Assembly (NCBI GenBank): GCA_965218795.1 | Contig: OZ244653.1 | Location: 3,424,001 to 3,488,000 of the forward strand | Origin: a bacterium | Lineage (GTDB): Bacteria > UBA8248 > JACPRG01 > G963555815 | DNA: 64,000 nt | Reading direction: 5' to 3' | Shown: positions 1 to 9,089 of the stretch, in pieces | Numbering within the stretch: the first letter of the stretch is position 1 | Layout: each line of letters begins with the position of its first letter | Position numbers and translations under genes: made by a program | The notes under the pieces: model-generated | The model's input: the letters and a program-made list of their open reading frames with translations, nothing else | Told to the model about the DNA's origin: nothing | Database searches by the model: none

Positions 1-1
1 T

Positions 2-928
2 GACCGGTTGGGCGAGGGCGTCAGCCACGCCATCGGCACCGGTGGACGGGATCTGTCCAAAGAAGTCGGCGGGCGATCGATGCTGCAGGGCATCCGGATG
101 CTCGGCGAAGACGAGGCCACGAAGGTCCTCCTCCTCGTTTCCAAACCGCCCGACCCCGAAGTCATGAAGCGCGTCCTCGGAGCCGCGGTTGAAACCGGAA
201 AACCGGCGGTGGGGGTTTTCCTGGGCGGCGACCCGCAGGTGGTCGAAGCCGCCGGCGTTCACGCGGCGGGCAACCTGGAAGAGGCGGCCCGAATGGCCGC
301 GGCCCTCGCGGGGAGAGGAGCCATCGAGTCCGGCGGAGCCGATGACCCACCCGACAAATCCGAATGGATGAATGCTGAACGGTCGGCCCTCTCTCCCGGG
401 CAGCGATACATCCGCGGGCTATATTCCGGCGGAACGCTGTGCGACGAGGCCATGCTGATCCTCGCCGAGTCCATCGGCGGTATCCGTTCCAATGTCCCGT
501 TGCGGGACAACCTTACGCTTCAGGATCCGAACATGAGTGTCGAACACACCGTGGTGGATCTGGGGGAGGACTTCTTTACGCGCGGCCGGCCCCATCCGAT
601 GATCGATCCCGGGATGCGGAACGAACGAATCCTCCGTGAGGCGGCAGACCCGGAAACGGCCGTCATTCTGTTGGACGTGGTCCTCGGATACGGCTCGCAT
701 GAGAACCCGGGGGGCGCAGCGGCCGAGTCGATACGGGCGGCCAAGGACACCGCCCGAACATCAGGCCGGGGATTGGCGGTGGTGGCTTCCGTGTGCGGGA
801 CCGAGCGGGATCCGCAAGTGTTATCGGAACAGGAAACCGCCCTGGCGGAAGCCGGGGCGCGGGTATGCCAGAGCAATGCGCAGGCGGCGCGGTTTGCCGC
901 CGCGCTGGCGAAGGCTATCGCTTCATAG
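2..928 (+). CDS. fdrA: FdrA-family acyl-CoA synthetase (succinyl-CoA ligase-like), 5'-truncated by window edge
   Basis: Frame open from base 2. Motifs GVSHAIGTGGRDL, LLLVSKPP, RGLYSGGTLCDEA, GRPHPMIDP and LLDVVLGYGSHENP are typical of FdrA/YahF. Confidence 0.8.
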   Translation, partial: DRLGEGVSHAIGTGGRDLSKEVGGRSMLQGIRMLGEDEATKVLLLVSKPPDPEVMKRVLGAAVETGKPAVGVFLGGDPQVVEAAGVHAAGNLEEAARMAAALAGRGAIESGGADDPPDKSEWMNAERSALSPGQRYIRGLYSGGTLCDEAMLILAESIGGIRSNVPLRDNLTLQDPNMSVEHTVVDLGEDFFTRGRPHPMIDPGMRNERILREAADPETAVILLDVVLGYGSHENPGGAAAESIRAAKDTARTSGRGLAVVASVCGTERDPQVLSEQETALAEAGARVCQSNAQAARFAAALAKAIAS

Positions 929-3398
929 TGGCGGGACCGGCGCCCGGGACCAGAAGAATCTCGACGCGCCGGTTTCGGCTCCGCCCGGCGGGCGTCAGGT
1001 TGGAGTCGATCGGCCGAAAGGAGGAGTACCCCACCACGGACATCCGTTTGGGGTCTATCCCTTTGCCTTCCAGAAAACGGACGACCGCCGCGGCGCGGGC
1101 AAGCGACAACTCCCAGTTCGATTTGAACTTCTCAACCAGCGAGCCGTGAATCAGTCGGTTGTCCGCGTGTCCCTCGATGACAATCAGCCCATCCTTGACC
1201 GGCGCCAGGCTGGCGTAGATCACATCGAGTATATGCTTGCTGGATTCCGTCAGCTCGGCGCGCCCCGTCTCGAACGTTACCCGATTGACCATCTCGATGG
1301 AGATGTGCTCCTTCTCCTGGCGGACGGCCACCTCCTTCTTCTTGATCTCCGATTGCAGTCTTTCCAGCAGGAGCTCGTGACTGGCCTTGAGTTGTTCGAT
1401 CTCCCGTTCCTTGTCGCGAACGGCTTCTTCGAACCGCTCCCGCAGGCGGGCGATCCGCTCCTGAAGGGACTGGCGGGTGGATTGGGCCTCCTGGCTGACG
1501 GCGGAAAGCTCCTGAATTTCGCGGGTGAAGCGTTTCAGCTCCTCCTGCAGCTTGCGATTTTCCACGCGAAGAGAGACCACGGCTCTGGTGGCGGACACGT
1601 TCTGCGCTTGGAGCGCTTCAATCCTTTGGTTCGACGTGGTCAAGGCATCTCGGAATTCGGACAGAAAGCGGTCCGCGTCCCGCAATGAGGTCTGAAGACG
1701 ACCCGTCTCGCCCCGCGACGCCTTCTCCCGCTCCGCAGCCTGGCGCTGGCTCTGACCGAACTCGGATTCGCGATCCAGGAGCCGAGCCTCGACTTGTTGC
1801 AGACTGGACTCCGCATGACTCAACTGGATTCTTGTTTCCTCTAAACGGCTCTCGGTCTCCTTCAGGCGCTCTGTCGCGGACGCGCTCTGCGCTTGGAGCG
1901 CTTCAATCCTTTGGTTCGACGTGGTCAAGGCATCTCGGAATTCGGACAGAAAGCGGTCCGCGTCCCGCAATGAGGTCTGAAGACGACCCGTCTCGCCCCG
2001 CGACGCCTTCTCCCGCTCCGCAGCCTGGCGCTGGCTCTGACCGAACTCGGATTCGCGATCCAGGAGCCGAGCCTCGACTTGTTGCAGACTGGACTCCGCA
2101 TGGCTCAACTGGATTCTTGTTTCCTCTAAACGGCTCTCGGTCTCCTTCAGGCGCTCTGTCGCGGACGCGCTCTGCGCTTGGAGCGCTTCAATCCTTTGGT
2201 TCGACGTGGTCAAGGCATCTCGGAATTCGGACAGAAAGCGGTCCGCGTCCCGCAATGAGGTCTGAAGACGACCCGTCTCGCCCCGCGACGCCTTCTCCCG
2301 CTCCGCAGCCTGGCGCTGGCTCTGACCGAACTCGGATTCGCGATCCAGGAGCCGAGCCTCGACTTGTTGCAGACTGGACTCCGCATGACTCAACTGGATT
2401 CTTGTTTCCTCTAAACGGCTCTCGGTCTCCTTCAGGCGCTCTGTCGCGGACGCGCTCTGCGCTTGGAGCGCTTCAATCCTTTGGTTCGACGTGGTCAAGG
2501 CATCTCGGAATTCGGACAGAAAGCGGTCCGCGTCCCGCAATGAGGTCTGAAGACGACCCGTCTCGCCCCGCGACGCCTTCTCCCGCTCCGCAGCCTGGCG
2601 CTGGCTCTGACCGAACTCGGATTCGCGATCCAGGAGCCGAGCCTCGACTTGTTGCAGACTGGACTCCGCATGGCTCAACTGGATTCTTGTTTCCTCTAAA
2701 CGGCTCTCGGTCTCCTTCAGGCGCTCTGTCGCGGACGCGCTCTGCGCTTGGAGCGCTTCAATCCTTTGGTTCGACGTGGTCAAGGCATCTCGGAATTCGG
2801 ACAGAAAGCGGTCCGCGTCCCGCAATGAGGTCTGAAGACGACCCGTCTCGCCCCGCGACGCCTTCTCCCGCTCCGCAGCCTGGCGCTGGCTCTGACCGAA
2901 CTCGGATTCGCGATCCAGGAGCCGAGCCTCGACTTGTTGCAGACTGGACTCCGCATGGCTCAACTGGATTCTTGTTTCCTCTAAACGGCTCTCGGTCTCC
3001 TTCAGGCGCTCTGTCGCGGACGCGCTCTGCGCTTGGAGCGCTTCAATCCTTTGGTTCGACGTGGTCAAGGCATCTCGGAATTCGGACAGAAAGCGGTCCG
3101 CGTCCCGCAATGAGGTCTGAAGACGACCCGTCTCGCCCCGCGACGCCTTCTCCCGCTCCGCAGCCTGGCGCTGGCTCTGACCGAACTCGGATTCGCGATC
3201 CAGGAGCCGAGCCTCGAGTGTCTCGGCTTCCTTTTCGATGGCGATCAGTCGGGTCTGAAGGGCGTTTCGCTCATTCTCGAAGCTCGCGGTCTGCTCGGAC
3301 AGATTGCCTGACCGGGAGGCATACTGGTATCCGACCCCCGCCAAGGCGACGGCCATGATCCCGGCAACCCCCCACGCAGCTTTCGCGCTGGCAATCAC
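915..3398 (-). CDS. Membrane-anchored long coiled-coil protein with C-terminal OmpA/MotB-like peptidoglycan-binding domain
   Basis: GTG start with GAGGAGGAG SD. N-terminal hydrophobic anchor, then 95-aa repeats, then IEGHADN..NWELSLARAAAVVRFL..GIDPKRMSVVGY..RNRRVEILL. Confidence 0.85.
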   Translation of the reverse strand: MIASAKAAWGVAGIMAVALAGVGYQYASRSGNLSEQTASFENERNALQTRLIAIEKEAETLEARLLDRESEFGQSQRQAAEREKASRGETGRLQTSLRDADRFLSEFRDALTTSNQRIEALQAQSASATERLKETESRLEETRIQLSHAESSLQQVEARLLDRESEFGQSQRQAAEREKASRGETGRLQTSLRDADRFLSEFRDALTTSNQRIEALQAQSASATERLKETESRLEETRIQLSHAESSLQQVEARLLDRESEFGQSQRQAAEREKASRGETGRLQTSLRDADRFLSEFRDALTTSNQRIEALQAQSASATERLKETESRLEETRIQLSHAESSLQQVEARLLDRESEFGQSQRQAAEREKASRGETGRLQTSLRDADRFLSEFRDALTTSNQRIEALQAQSASATERLKETESRLEETRIQLSHAESSLQQVEARLLDRESEFGQSQRQAAEREKASRGETGRLQTSLRDADRFLSEFRDALTTSNQRIEALQAQSASATERLKETESRLEETRIQLSHAESSLQQVEARLLDRESEFGQSQRQAAEREKASRGETGRLQTSLRDADRFLSEFRDALTTSNQRIEALQAQNVSATRAVVSLRVENRKLQEELKRFTREIQELSAVSQEAQSTRQSLQERIARLRERFEEAVRDKEREIEQLKASHELLLERLQSEIKKKEVAVRQEKEHISIEMVNRVTFETGRAELTESSKHILDVIYASLAPVKDGLIVIEGHADNRLIHGSLVEKFKSNWELSLARAAAVVRFLEGKGIDPKRMSVVGYSSFRPIDSNLTPAGRSRNRRVEILLVPGAGPATMKR
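1601..3217. repeat. Intragenic tandem repeat, 285-bp unit, ~5.7 copies
   Basis: Identical text recurs at 1621/2191/2761 and 2041/3181 (multiples of 285). The only variable site seen is a/g/a/g/g at 1818, 2103, 2388, 2673, 2958. Confidence 0.97.
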
Positions 3399-3720
3399 CT
3401 TGCACTCCTCCTCTCGACACTAATCTGTCATTGGATGGACGGCGGGGAAGGCCTGCGACTTCAAAACCATTCTGGGGCAACGGGGGATAGAGCGTCAAGA
3501 GCGGCCACGGTTTCGCTTGCGAGCAGCGGCCGTTCCCCCGGCAATCTCGGCCGGCCGGCGCATAAACACCCGGCGTTCCATAGGGGTGTGTCGAAATTCG
3601 TAGCAGATGTCAAGAGTGGCCTGATCCATCCCGGCTCTCTTTACTATGGGAAACCAGATGAGTTCGCAAGACTCTCTCGGCGCACAACCGAGTGAGACAA
3701 TCGGTCCGATTAGACTGAGG

Positions 3721-4914
3721 TCATTGATCGGGTTCCGACACCAGCAGCAAGACACCGGAATATTGATGCAGGTACGTCTTTCCGCGGATGGGGGCGATCT
3801 CCGAACCGGTGAAAAAGCCCGCGAAAGGAACCCCTTGGAGCGTGCTGCGCAGCGCACTGGAGTCGACCCCGTCTTCACCGTAGAGCCCTCTACCGCGCGC
3901 CATGCAGTTGAAGTACATCCCGAAGGCGACCGGAGGCCGATCCGCCTGAAGCTCGTTCGACATGCGCATCAGATCCTCTCTCGCGCCGACCGGCTCCCGT
4001 AAAGTGAAAGTGAGTATCTGCCCCGTGCGCACTTCGTCGCCGATGGCAATCGCGCCGGAATCCGGGTCGACACCCATGATGTTGCGGACGAGGTATTGCC
4101 CGCGAGCGATCTGGTCCTGGTCCGGTTCCATGGGAAGGCCGACAAAGACCGCGGTGACCGCTTCACGAATGTCCTCCATCAGATCCTCCCCGGCCACCTC
4201 CTCGAAAACCTCGAAGGCCGGTCGGCCGCCGATCTCATGGATGATGTTCTTCTCGGCCCGGGTGACGATGAGCGGCTCTCCCACGGGACGGCACGCCTGT
4301 GTCATCCGCATGTTGATGGAGGCCGTACCCGTCATGAGCATTCCCACCACCGCGTTGGATTCGACCCGGTCCCGATAGAACTGATACGTCCGGCCGTGGG
4401 AGCCATCCTCCGAAGCGCCGCCGCCCAGCAGAGGGACCGGACCCAACCCGGTCTCCAGCCCGTCGAAAAAAGCATGCGGATGCATATGATACGTATCAGG
4501 AAGCAGAAGCAAGACGGCGTTTCCCGATACGTGAGGTTGAATCCGCGCTGCGACGGCCAGGGCGGCGTTTTCAGCCCGGCTGTGCATCGGGCGCTCGATG
4601 AAGGGCAATGCCTTGAGGGATGGGGAAGACACGGCCAAAAGGGCCATTCCCGGCGCTTCTTCGATCTCCCCTTCTTCCGTCAAGACCCCGTAGCCGCTGC
4701 ATCCGACGATGTCTTCCGTGCCGGTCCGTTCGGAAACCGTTTCCAGCATTTCCCGGAATTTGGAGAAATGGTGAACGGTGGCGAAGATCACCGCCCAATC
4801 GGCCGGACGGCCGTCGAGACGGGACATGGCCCGCCCGGTGACTTCCTCAATCGCCTGAAGGGTCTCCGGCTCTCCGGACAATCCGCTGCCCGCCAGGATT
4901 TCTTGACTCGTCAT
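3721..4914 (-). CDS. FIST N/C-domain signal-transduction protein
   Basis: IVGCSGYGV, PLLGGGASED, TQACRPVGEPLIVTRAEKNIIHEIGGRPA, YFNCMARG and GFFTGSEIAP match the FIST family. Confidence 0.85.
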   Translation of the reverse strand: MTSQEILAGSGLSGEPETLQAIEEVTGRAMSRLDGRPADWAVIFATVHHFSKFREMLETVSERTGTEDIVGCSGYGVLTEEGEIEEAPGMALLAVSSPSLKALPFIERPMHSRAENAALAVAARIQPHVSGNAVLLLLPDTYHMHPHAFFDGLETGLGPVPLLGGGASEDGSHGRTYQFYRDRVESNAVVGMLMTGTASINMRMTQACRPVGEPLIVTRAEKNIIHEIGGRPAFEVFEEVAGEDLMEDIREAVTAVFVGLPMEPDQDQIARGQYLVRNIMGVDPDSGAIAIGDEVRTGQILTFTLREPVGAREDLMRMSNELQADRPPVAFGMYFNCMARGRGLYGEDGVDSSALRSTLQGVPFAGFFTGSEIAPIRGKTYLHQYSGVLLLVSEPDQ

Positions 4915-4973
4915 GGAGCTTCATATTCCTGTGAATTCGGAAGAACCTGCGTTGACCATCCTACTACACTCAC

Positions 4974-4989
4974 TTGACGTTTACGTAAA
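4974..4989. promoter_or_regulatory. LiuR-like (MerR family) operator palindrome TTGACGTTTACGTAAA
   Basis: Near-palindrome matching TTTACGT-NN-ACGTAAA in the divergent FIST/AOR intergenic region. Confidence 0.45.
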
Positions 4990-5107
4990 GCGGGTTGTTG
5001 TACGTTTCTCTCGCTGAGATCTTTCACGCCGTTACTATTTTAGTCGATCGGGCCGAATGGTGCGCGGACAGGGGGGCGCGGCCGTACGCCCCATTCATCC
5101 AAATCCC

Positions 5108-5280
5108 GGTCGTGGGTCATATTGCAGCGAAGATCAGCACGGCACCGGACTTTGACACCATAGACCGATGATTCTCTGATGCAGACCCGCCGCGATTTCC
5201 GCCGGGATCGACAGCCCTGCGCTCAAATCGCGGCTGCAACCCGAGAAGGTGCAGGCCGGTCAGCCAACTGACCCACGACC
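5108..5280. ncRNA. Candidate rod-like structured RNA or degenerate MITE
   Basis: Perfect 12-bp terminal inverted repeat (5108-5119 / 5269-5280) enclosing nested stems gaccg/cggtc, ttctc/gagaa, tgcag/ctgca and gccgcgattt/aaatcgcggc. Confidence 0.35.
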
Positions 5281-5436
5281 CGAATCCCTTCGGTTCTTGA
5301 CACGTATGACCATCTCTCGGAAACTATCTCTCTGACTATGGTCACTCAGGCGGCCCGGCGAAGGAATAGCGGTTCACCGACTCCAAGCCTTCCGCGGGTC
5401 ATCTTGTTTATTCATTCAAAAACGGAGAGGTGCGCC

Positions 5437-7299
5437 GTGTGGACCGATTCGACAAACGAAGAGAAAACCCCACAAGACCACAAGTACCGACAAGTCTGGG
5501 CGGATCTGAGACAGGGTACGTTCCGGGAGGAAATCAAGACTTGCAAAGACGCGGAAGACCTCCTCGCCGGGATCGGCCGGTCCTTCAAGCTGCTTCAGGA
5601 TTACGACGTGATCGATCCCTACGCGCCCGAATCCCCTCTGATCATGAATCTCGGTCTGTTTTCCGGTACGGACGTCATGACCGGCCTGCGTACATTCTTC
5701 AGTGCCTACAGCCCCCTCAAGACCTCCAAAACCGGCATGCCGTCAGCCATGTGGAGCGCCGCCTCCGGGAAGTTCGGCACCAAGCTAGCCTGCGCGGGCG
5801 TGGATGAAATGATTTTCACGGGCCGCTGTGAGAAGTGGAGCTATCTGGTCATCGAAGGCGATAAGGAATCCCGGTCTTTCACGCTGCACGACGCCTCGGA
5901 AATCATGGGGATGACCACTCATGAAAAGATCCTGTGGCTCGCCGACCGTTACGAGGACGCCCACTTCGGTGTCTTGGGTCCTTCGGGCGAAAACTGGCAG
6001 GGGAACCGCTTCGCCGGGATCGCCATCAGCACCGAGAACCAGCTGAAATCCCGGGACCCGAAGCCGCGATTCGCCGGTCGGGGCGGCATGGGAAATTTGA
6101 TGGGATCAAAGAATCTGGTCGCTATCGCGGCCAAGGCGCCCGACCCGAAGGGCCGGGTGTCGCCGGTCATCAAGGCCGTGAACGTAGAGGTCTCCCGGGG
6201 CGACGGCTCGCGCAACTACCGCGACAAGCGAAAAAACAACGGCGCAGGCGGGACGTGGCGAAATTATCCGCCCCTTCATAAGGCGGGCATCCTGCCGGAG
6301 AACAACTTCAGGCCGCAGGGAGCCGAGGGGCCGGCCAACCAGTACCGGGACACCTTCGAGGAAAGCTACTACGTCAAGGACGAGTCGTGCTTCAAATGCG
6401 GAATCGCCTGCCACAAAAACGTCTACGAGGCCGTGGAGGAAAACGGGAAGAAAAAGCCCGGCGAGTTTTTCGTCAAGCTCGACTACGAGCCCATGAACCT
6501 GATGTCGACCAACCTGGGCATCTATGATCAGGCCCAAACGCTCGAAGCCGTGGAGCTGACGGACGATATGGGGTTCGACTCGATCAGCCTGGGGGTGATT
6601 CTGGGATACGCCATGGAATACAACGAGCGGCGGGACCAGGGCGCCCCGGGCGAAAAGATTCTCGGCGGCATCAAATTCGGCGATTTCGAAGCGATCGTGG
6701 ACCTCACACGCCGCTGCGCCCAGGGCGATCTTCCCCAACTCGGCCAGGGCGTGATGCGGCTGTCCGAAGAACTGGGCGAGACCGACTACGCCATGCACTG
6801 CAAAGGGGTGGAGCTTCCGGCCTACCTGCCCGAGACCAACCCCGGCTATCCTTTCGCCATCGCCGGCGGCCACATGTCCATGCGCACCTTCCTCTTCCTC
6901 GTTTTCGAGGAGGAGACATCGCTCGACTACTGGGAGGACGCCATCCTCAACCGGGGAATCCACTATACCCGGGACGACCTGATCGGCACCTGCAAATTCG
7001 CCGGCACGCCCGACAGCTTCATCCTGGACGCCATCAAAGACTGGACCGGCGTCCCCATGACGGAACAGGAACTGCAGGACGGCGTGATGCGAACGTACCT
7101 GCGGGGACTGTTGCTTGAGCGGAAGCAGGGATTCACGGACGAAGACTACGTCCTGCCGGAGCGCGTGTACGAACGGCAGGAACACATCAAGGTGCCGCAG
7201 TTCATCACGCCGGAATTCTGGACGGAACTCCGCAGCCGCGTTCTGAAAGGCTTCGATGAGCGCATCGAAGAATTCGGCCTGGTCACGGCGGTGTCGTAG
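5437..7299 (+). CDS. Tungsten-type aldehyde:ferredoxin oxidoreductase family protein
   Basis: FAGRGGMG, MGSKNL, Fe-S motif SCFKCGIAC plus GTCKF, LDYEP, DDMGFDSIS. GTG at 5437 has a GGAGAGG SD (ORF extends to 5338). Confidence 0.85.
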   Translation: MWTDSTNEEKTPQDHKYRQVWADLRQGTFREEIKTCKDAEDLLAGIGRSFKLLQDYDVIDPYAPESPLIMNLGLFSGTDVMTGLRTFFSAYSPLKTSKTGMPSAMWSAASGKFGTKLACAGVDEMIFTGRCEKWSYLVIEGDKESRSFTLHDASEIMGMTTHEKILWLADRYEDAHFGVLGPSGENWQGNRFAGIAISTENQLKSRDPKPRFAGRGGMGNLMGSKNLVAIAAKAPDPKGRVSPVIKAVNVEVSRGDGSRNYRDKRKNNGAGGTWRNYPPLHKAGILPENNFRPQGAEGPANQYRDTFEESYYVKDESCFKCGIACHKNVYEAVEENGKKKPGEFFVKLDYEPMNLMSTNLGIYDQAQTLEAVELTDDMGFDSISLGVILGYAMEYNERRDQGAPGEKILGGIKFGDFEAIVDLTRRCAQGDLPQLGQGVMRLSEELGETDYAMHCKGVELPAYLPETNPGYPFAIAGGHMSMRTFLFLVFEEETSLDYWEDAILNRGIHYTRDDLIGTCKFAGTPDSFILDAIKDWTGVPMTEQELQDGVMRTYLRGLLLERKQGFTDEDYVLPERVYERQEHIKVPQFITPEFWTELRSRVLKGFDERIEEFGLVTAVS

Positions 7300-7531
7300 G
7301 GATTCCGGCCGGAGGGCATTTTGGGCGCTGGCGCGCCGGCTATTTCACGGATGAGAATTTGTCTCTGAATCAGACCTTCATGTCGCATTGTCTTGCGATG
7401 GCCTCATCGCGCAAGCATGCGAGGGCTGAGAACCGGCACAGTGTGTTTCTCTCCAGACTCCCCTCGAAAACTTTTCATTCGCGACGGCGCGCTTCGCACT
7501 CCATCGCAAGAACCGGTTCCCTGGCAAGAAA

Positions 7532-8668
7532 TCAGGGCTCGTACGTCATCCGGTAAATCGCTCCCGCGCGGTCGTCCGATACCAGCATCGAGCCGTCGGG
7601 CATCACGAGCAAATCCACGGGCCGCCCCCAGGCTGACTGGCCTTGCAGCCAGCCTTCCGCAAAGGGCTCGTAACTGACCGCCCGGTTCCCTTCCAACCGC
7701 ACGATCGTGATGCGGTACCCAATCTTTGCGCTGCGGTTCCAAGAGCCGTGCTCGGCGATGAAGATCTGGTTCCGGTACTTTTCCGGGAACATCCGCCCCG
7801 TGTAAAAACGCATACCGAGCGCCGCCACGTGGGGACCGAGCTTACGCGCCGGAGGGCGGAAGGAGGAGCAAGGCTTCAGCGCGCCGAATTCCGGATCTGG
7901 GATGTCACCCCCGTGGCAGAAGGGATACCCGAAGTTCAGGCCCTTTGTCGGCGCGCGATTGAGCTCATCGGGCGGCGCGTCGTCCCCCATCCAGTCCCGG
8001 CCGTTGTCGGTGAACCAGAGCTCCTTTGTCTCCGGGTGCCAGTCGAACCCGACCGTATTGCGGACGCCGCGCGCGAAAACCTCCAGATTTTCGCCGTCGG
8101 GTTTCATTCTCAGAATCGCCGCATACGGGTCGCCGGGGTCGCAGGAGTTGCACGGAGCGCCCACCGGGACGTAGAGCCACCCATCGGGTCCGAAGCGGAT
8201 GAACTTCCACCCGTGATGTCCGTCCTTGGGCAGGCTTCCGTTGATGAGCTTCGAGCGGGGATTCCGAAGATTGGCTTCGATGTCGTCGAACCGATGAACC
8301 CGGTCGACTTCGGCCAGGTAGAGCGCGCCGTCGCGGAAGGCCACGCCGTTGGGCATGTCCAGATCCTTCGCCAGGGTAATGATTTCATCGGCCCGGTGGT
8401 CCCGGTTCCGGTCGACCACGGCGTACGCCCTGCCCGTTCGACGGGTGCCGACAAAGAGCGTCCCCTTCGTGCCCAGGGCCATCGAGCGGGCGCCCGGGAG
8501 GTTGACCGCATATGCATGGATCCTGAATCCGGGCGGCAGCTTGATGAGGCTCAGTTTCTCTTCGACCGCGCCGGTGGGCATGGGCGCCGTCGCGCAGGCG
8601 GCGAGCCATGCCAATAAAGCAAGCGATGTCACCCAGGCTGAAAAAGCAAATCGAGTTTGAATTCGCAT
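7532..8668 (-). CDS. PQQ-dependent sugar/sorbosone dehydrogenase family lipoprotein
   Basis: Lipobox LAAC; motifs LPPGF, IRFGPDGWLYVPVGAPCN, GVRNTVGFDWHP, NGRDWMGDD, HGSWNRS, GRPVD. Confidence 0.85.
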   Translation of the reverse strand: MRIQTRFAFSAWVTSLALLAWLAACATAPMPTGAVEEKLSLIKLPPGFRIHAYAVNLPGARSMALGTKGTLFVGTRRTGRAYAVVDRNRDHRADEIITLAKDLDMPNGVAFRDGALYLAEVDRVHRFDDIEANLRNPRSKLINGSLPKDGHHGWKFIRFGPDGWLYVPVGAPCNSCDPGDPYAAILRMKPDGENLEVFARGVRNTVGFDWHPETKELWFTDNGRDWMGDDAPPDELNRAPTKGLNFGYPFCHGGDIPDPEFGALKPCSSFRPPARKLGPHVAALGMRFYTGRMFPEKYRNQIFIAEHGSWNRSAKIGYRITIVRLEGNRAVSYEPFAEGWLQGQSAWGRPVDLLVMPDGSMLVSDDRAGAIYRMTYEP

Positions 8669-8717
8669 GCGTCCTCTTTCACGGCTGAGGAAGTTTGTTG
8701 CCGGGTGTCATTCGATT

Positions 8718-8729
8718 TTGTCATGACAA
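8718..8729. promoter_or_regulatory. FadR/GntR-type operator palindrome TTGTCATGACAA
   Basis: Perfect 12-bp palindrome 50 bp upstream of the dehydrogenase start, near a GntR gene. Confidence 0.45.
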
Positions 8730-8782
8730 CCTCCACAACATGAAAAACAGGGAATTATACGCTTGATTCGCCAAGTTTTTTT

Positions 8783-8893
8783 CTGGATTCCTGCTTGCGC
8801 AGGAATGACAATCAGAACCATGCTGGTCCCCAAGCGACCCCGCCCCCCCGCGAGCAACAGGCGGGGGTCATTCCCGCGGAAGCAGGAATCCAT
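8783..8893. repeat. Inverted pair of GTCATTCC..GGAATCCA REP-like palindromes
   Basis: ctggattcctgcttgcgcaggaatgac (8783-8809) and gtcattcccgcggaagcaggaatccat (8867-8893). The same family recurs at 60349, 61921 and 62022. Confidence 0.8.
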
Positions 8894-9089
8894 CTTGAGG
8901 GAGCCATTGACTTGCGCGGCACCTGACGATCTCGAAGCGAGGTACGAGTCAACCGAACCGCCATGCGCACATAAAGCGGGATGAAACCAGAATACTAAAT
9001 TCCGGCTCCGCAGGGAAGTTTTCAACCAGAGAACGGGGGGAGTGCGAAGGATCGGCTTCTGCCGGCCATCCAATTGCAGTCATGGCGCT

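Noticed and set aside
1601-3217. Tandem repeat as a CRISPR array
   Set aside because: The unit is 285 bp, in frame, with no unique spacers and no cas genes.
1685-3358. 557-aa plus-strand repeat ORF
   Set aside because: Antisense shadow of the repeat gene; a stop-free unit repeated in frame makes it long.
915-3398. Zorya ZorB or flagellar MotB
   Set aside because: The TM segment lacks the conserved Asp, and no zorA/motA or other zor genes are adjacent.
5281-5436. Moco/Tuco riboswitch ahead of the AOR gene
   Set aside because: I could not find the characteristic conserved segments by eye; cmscan would settle it.
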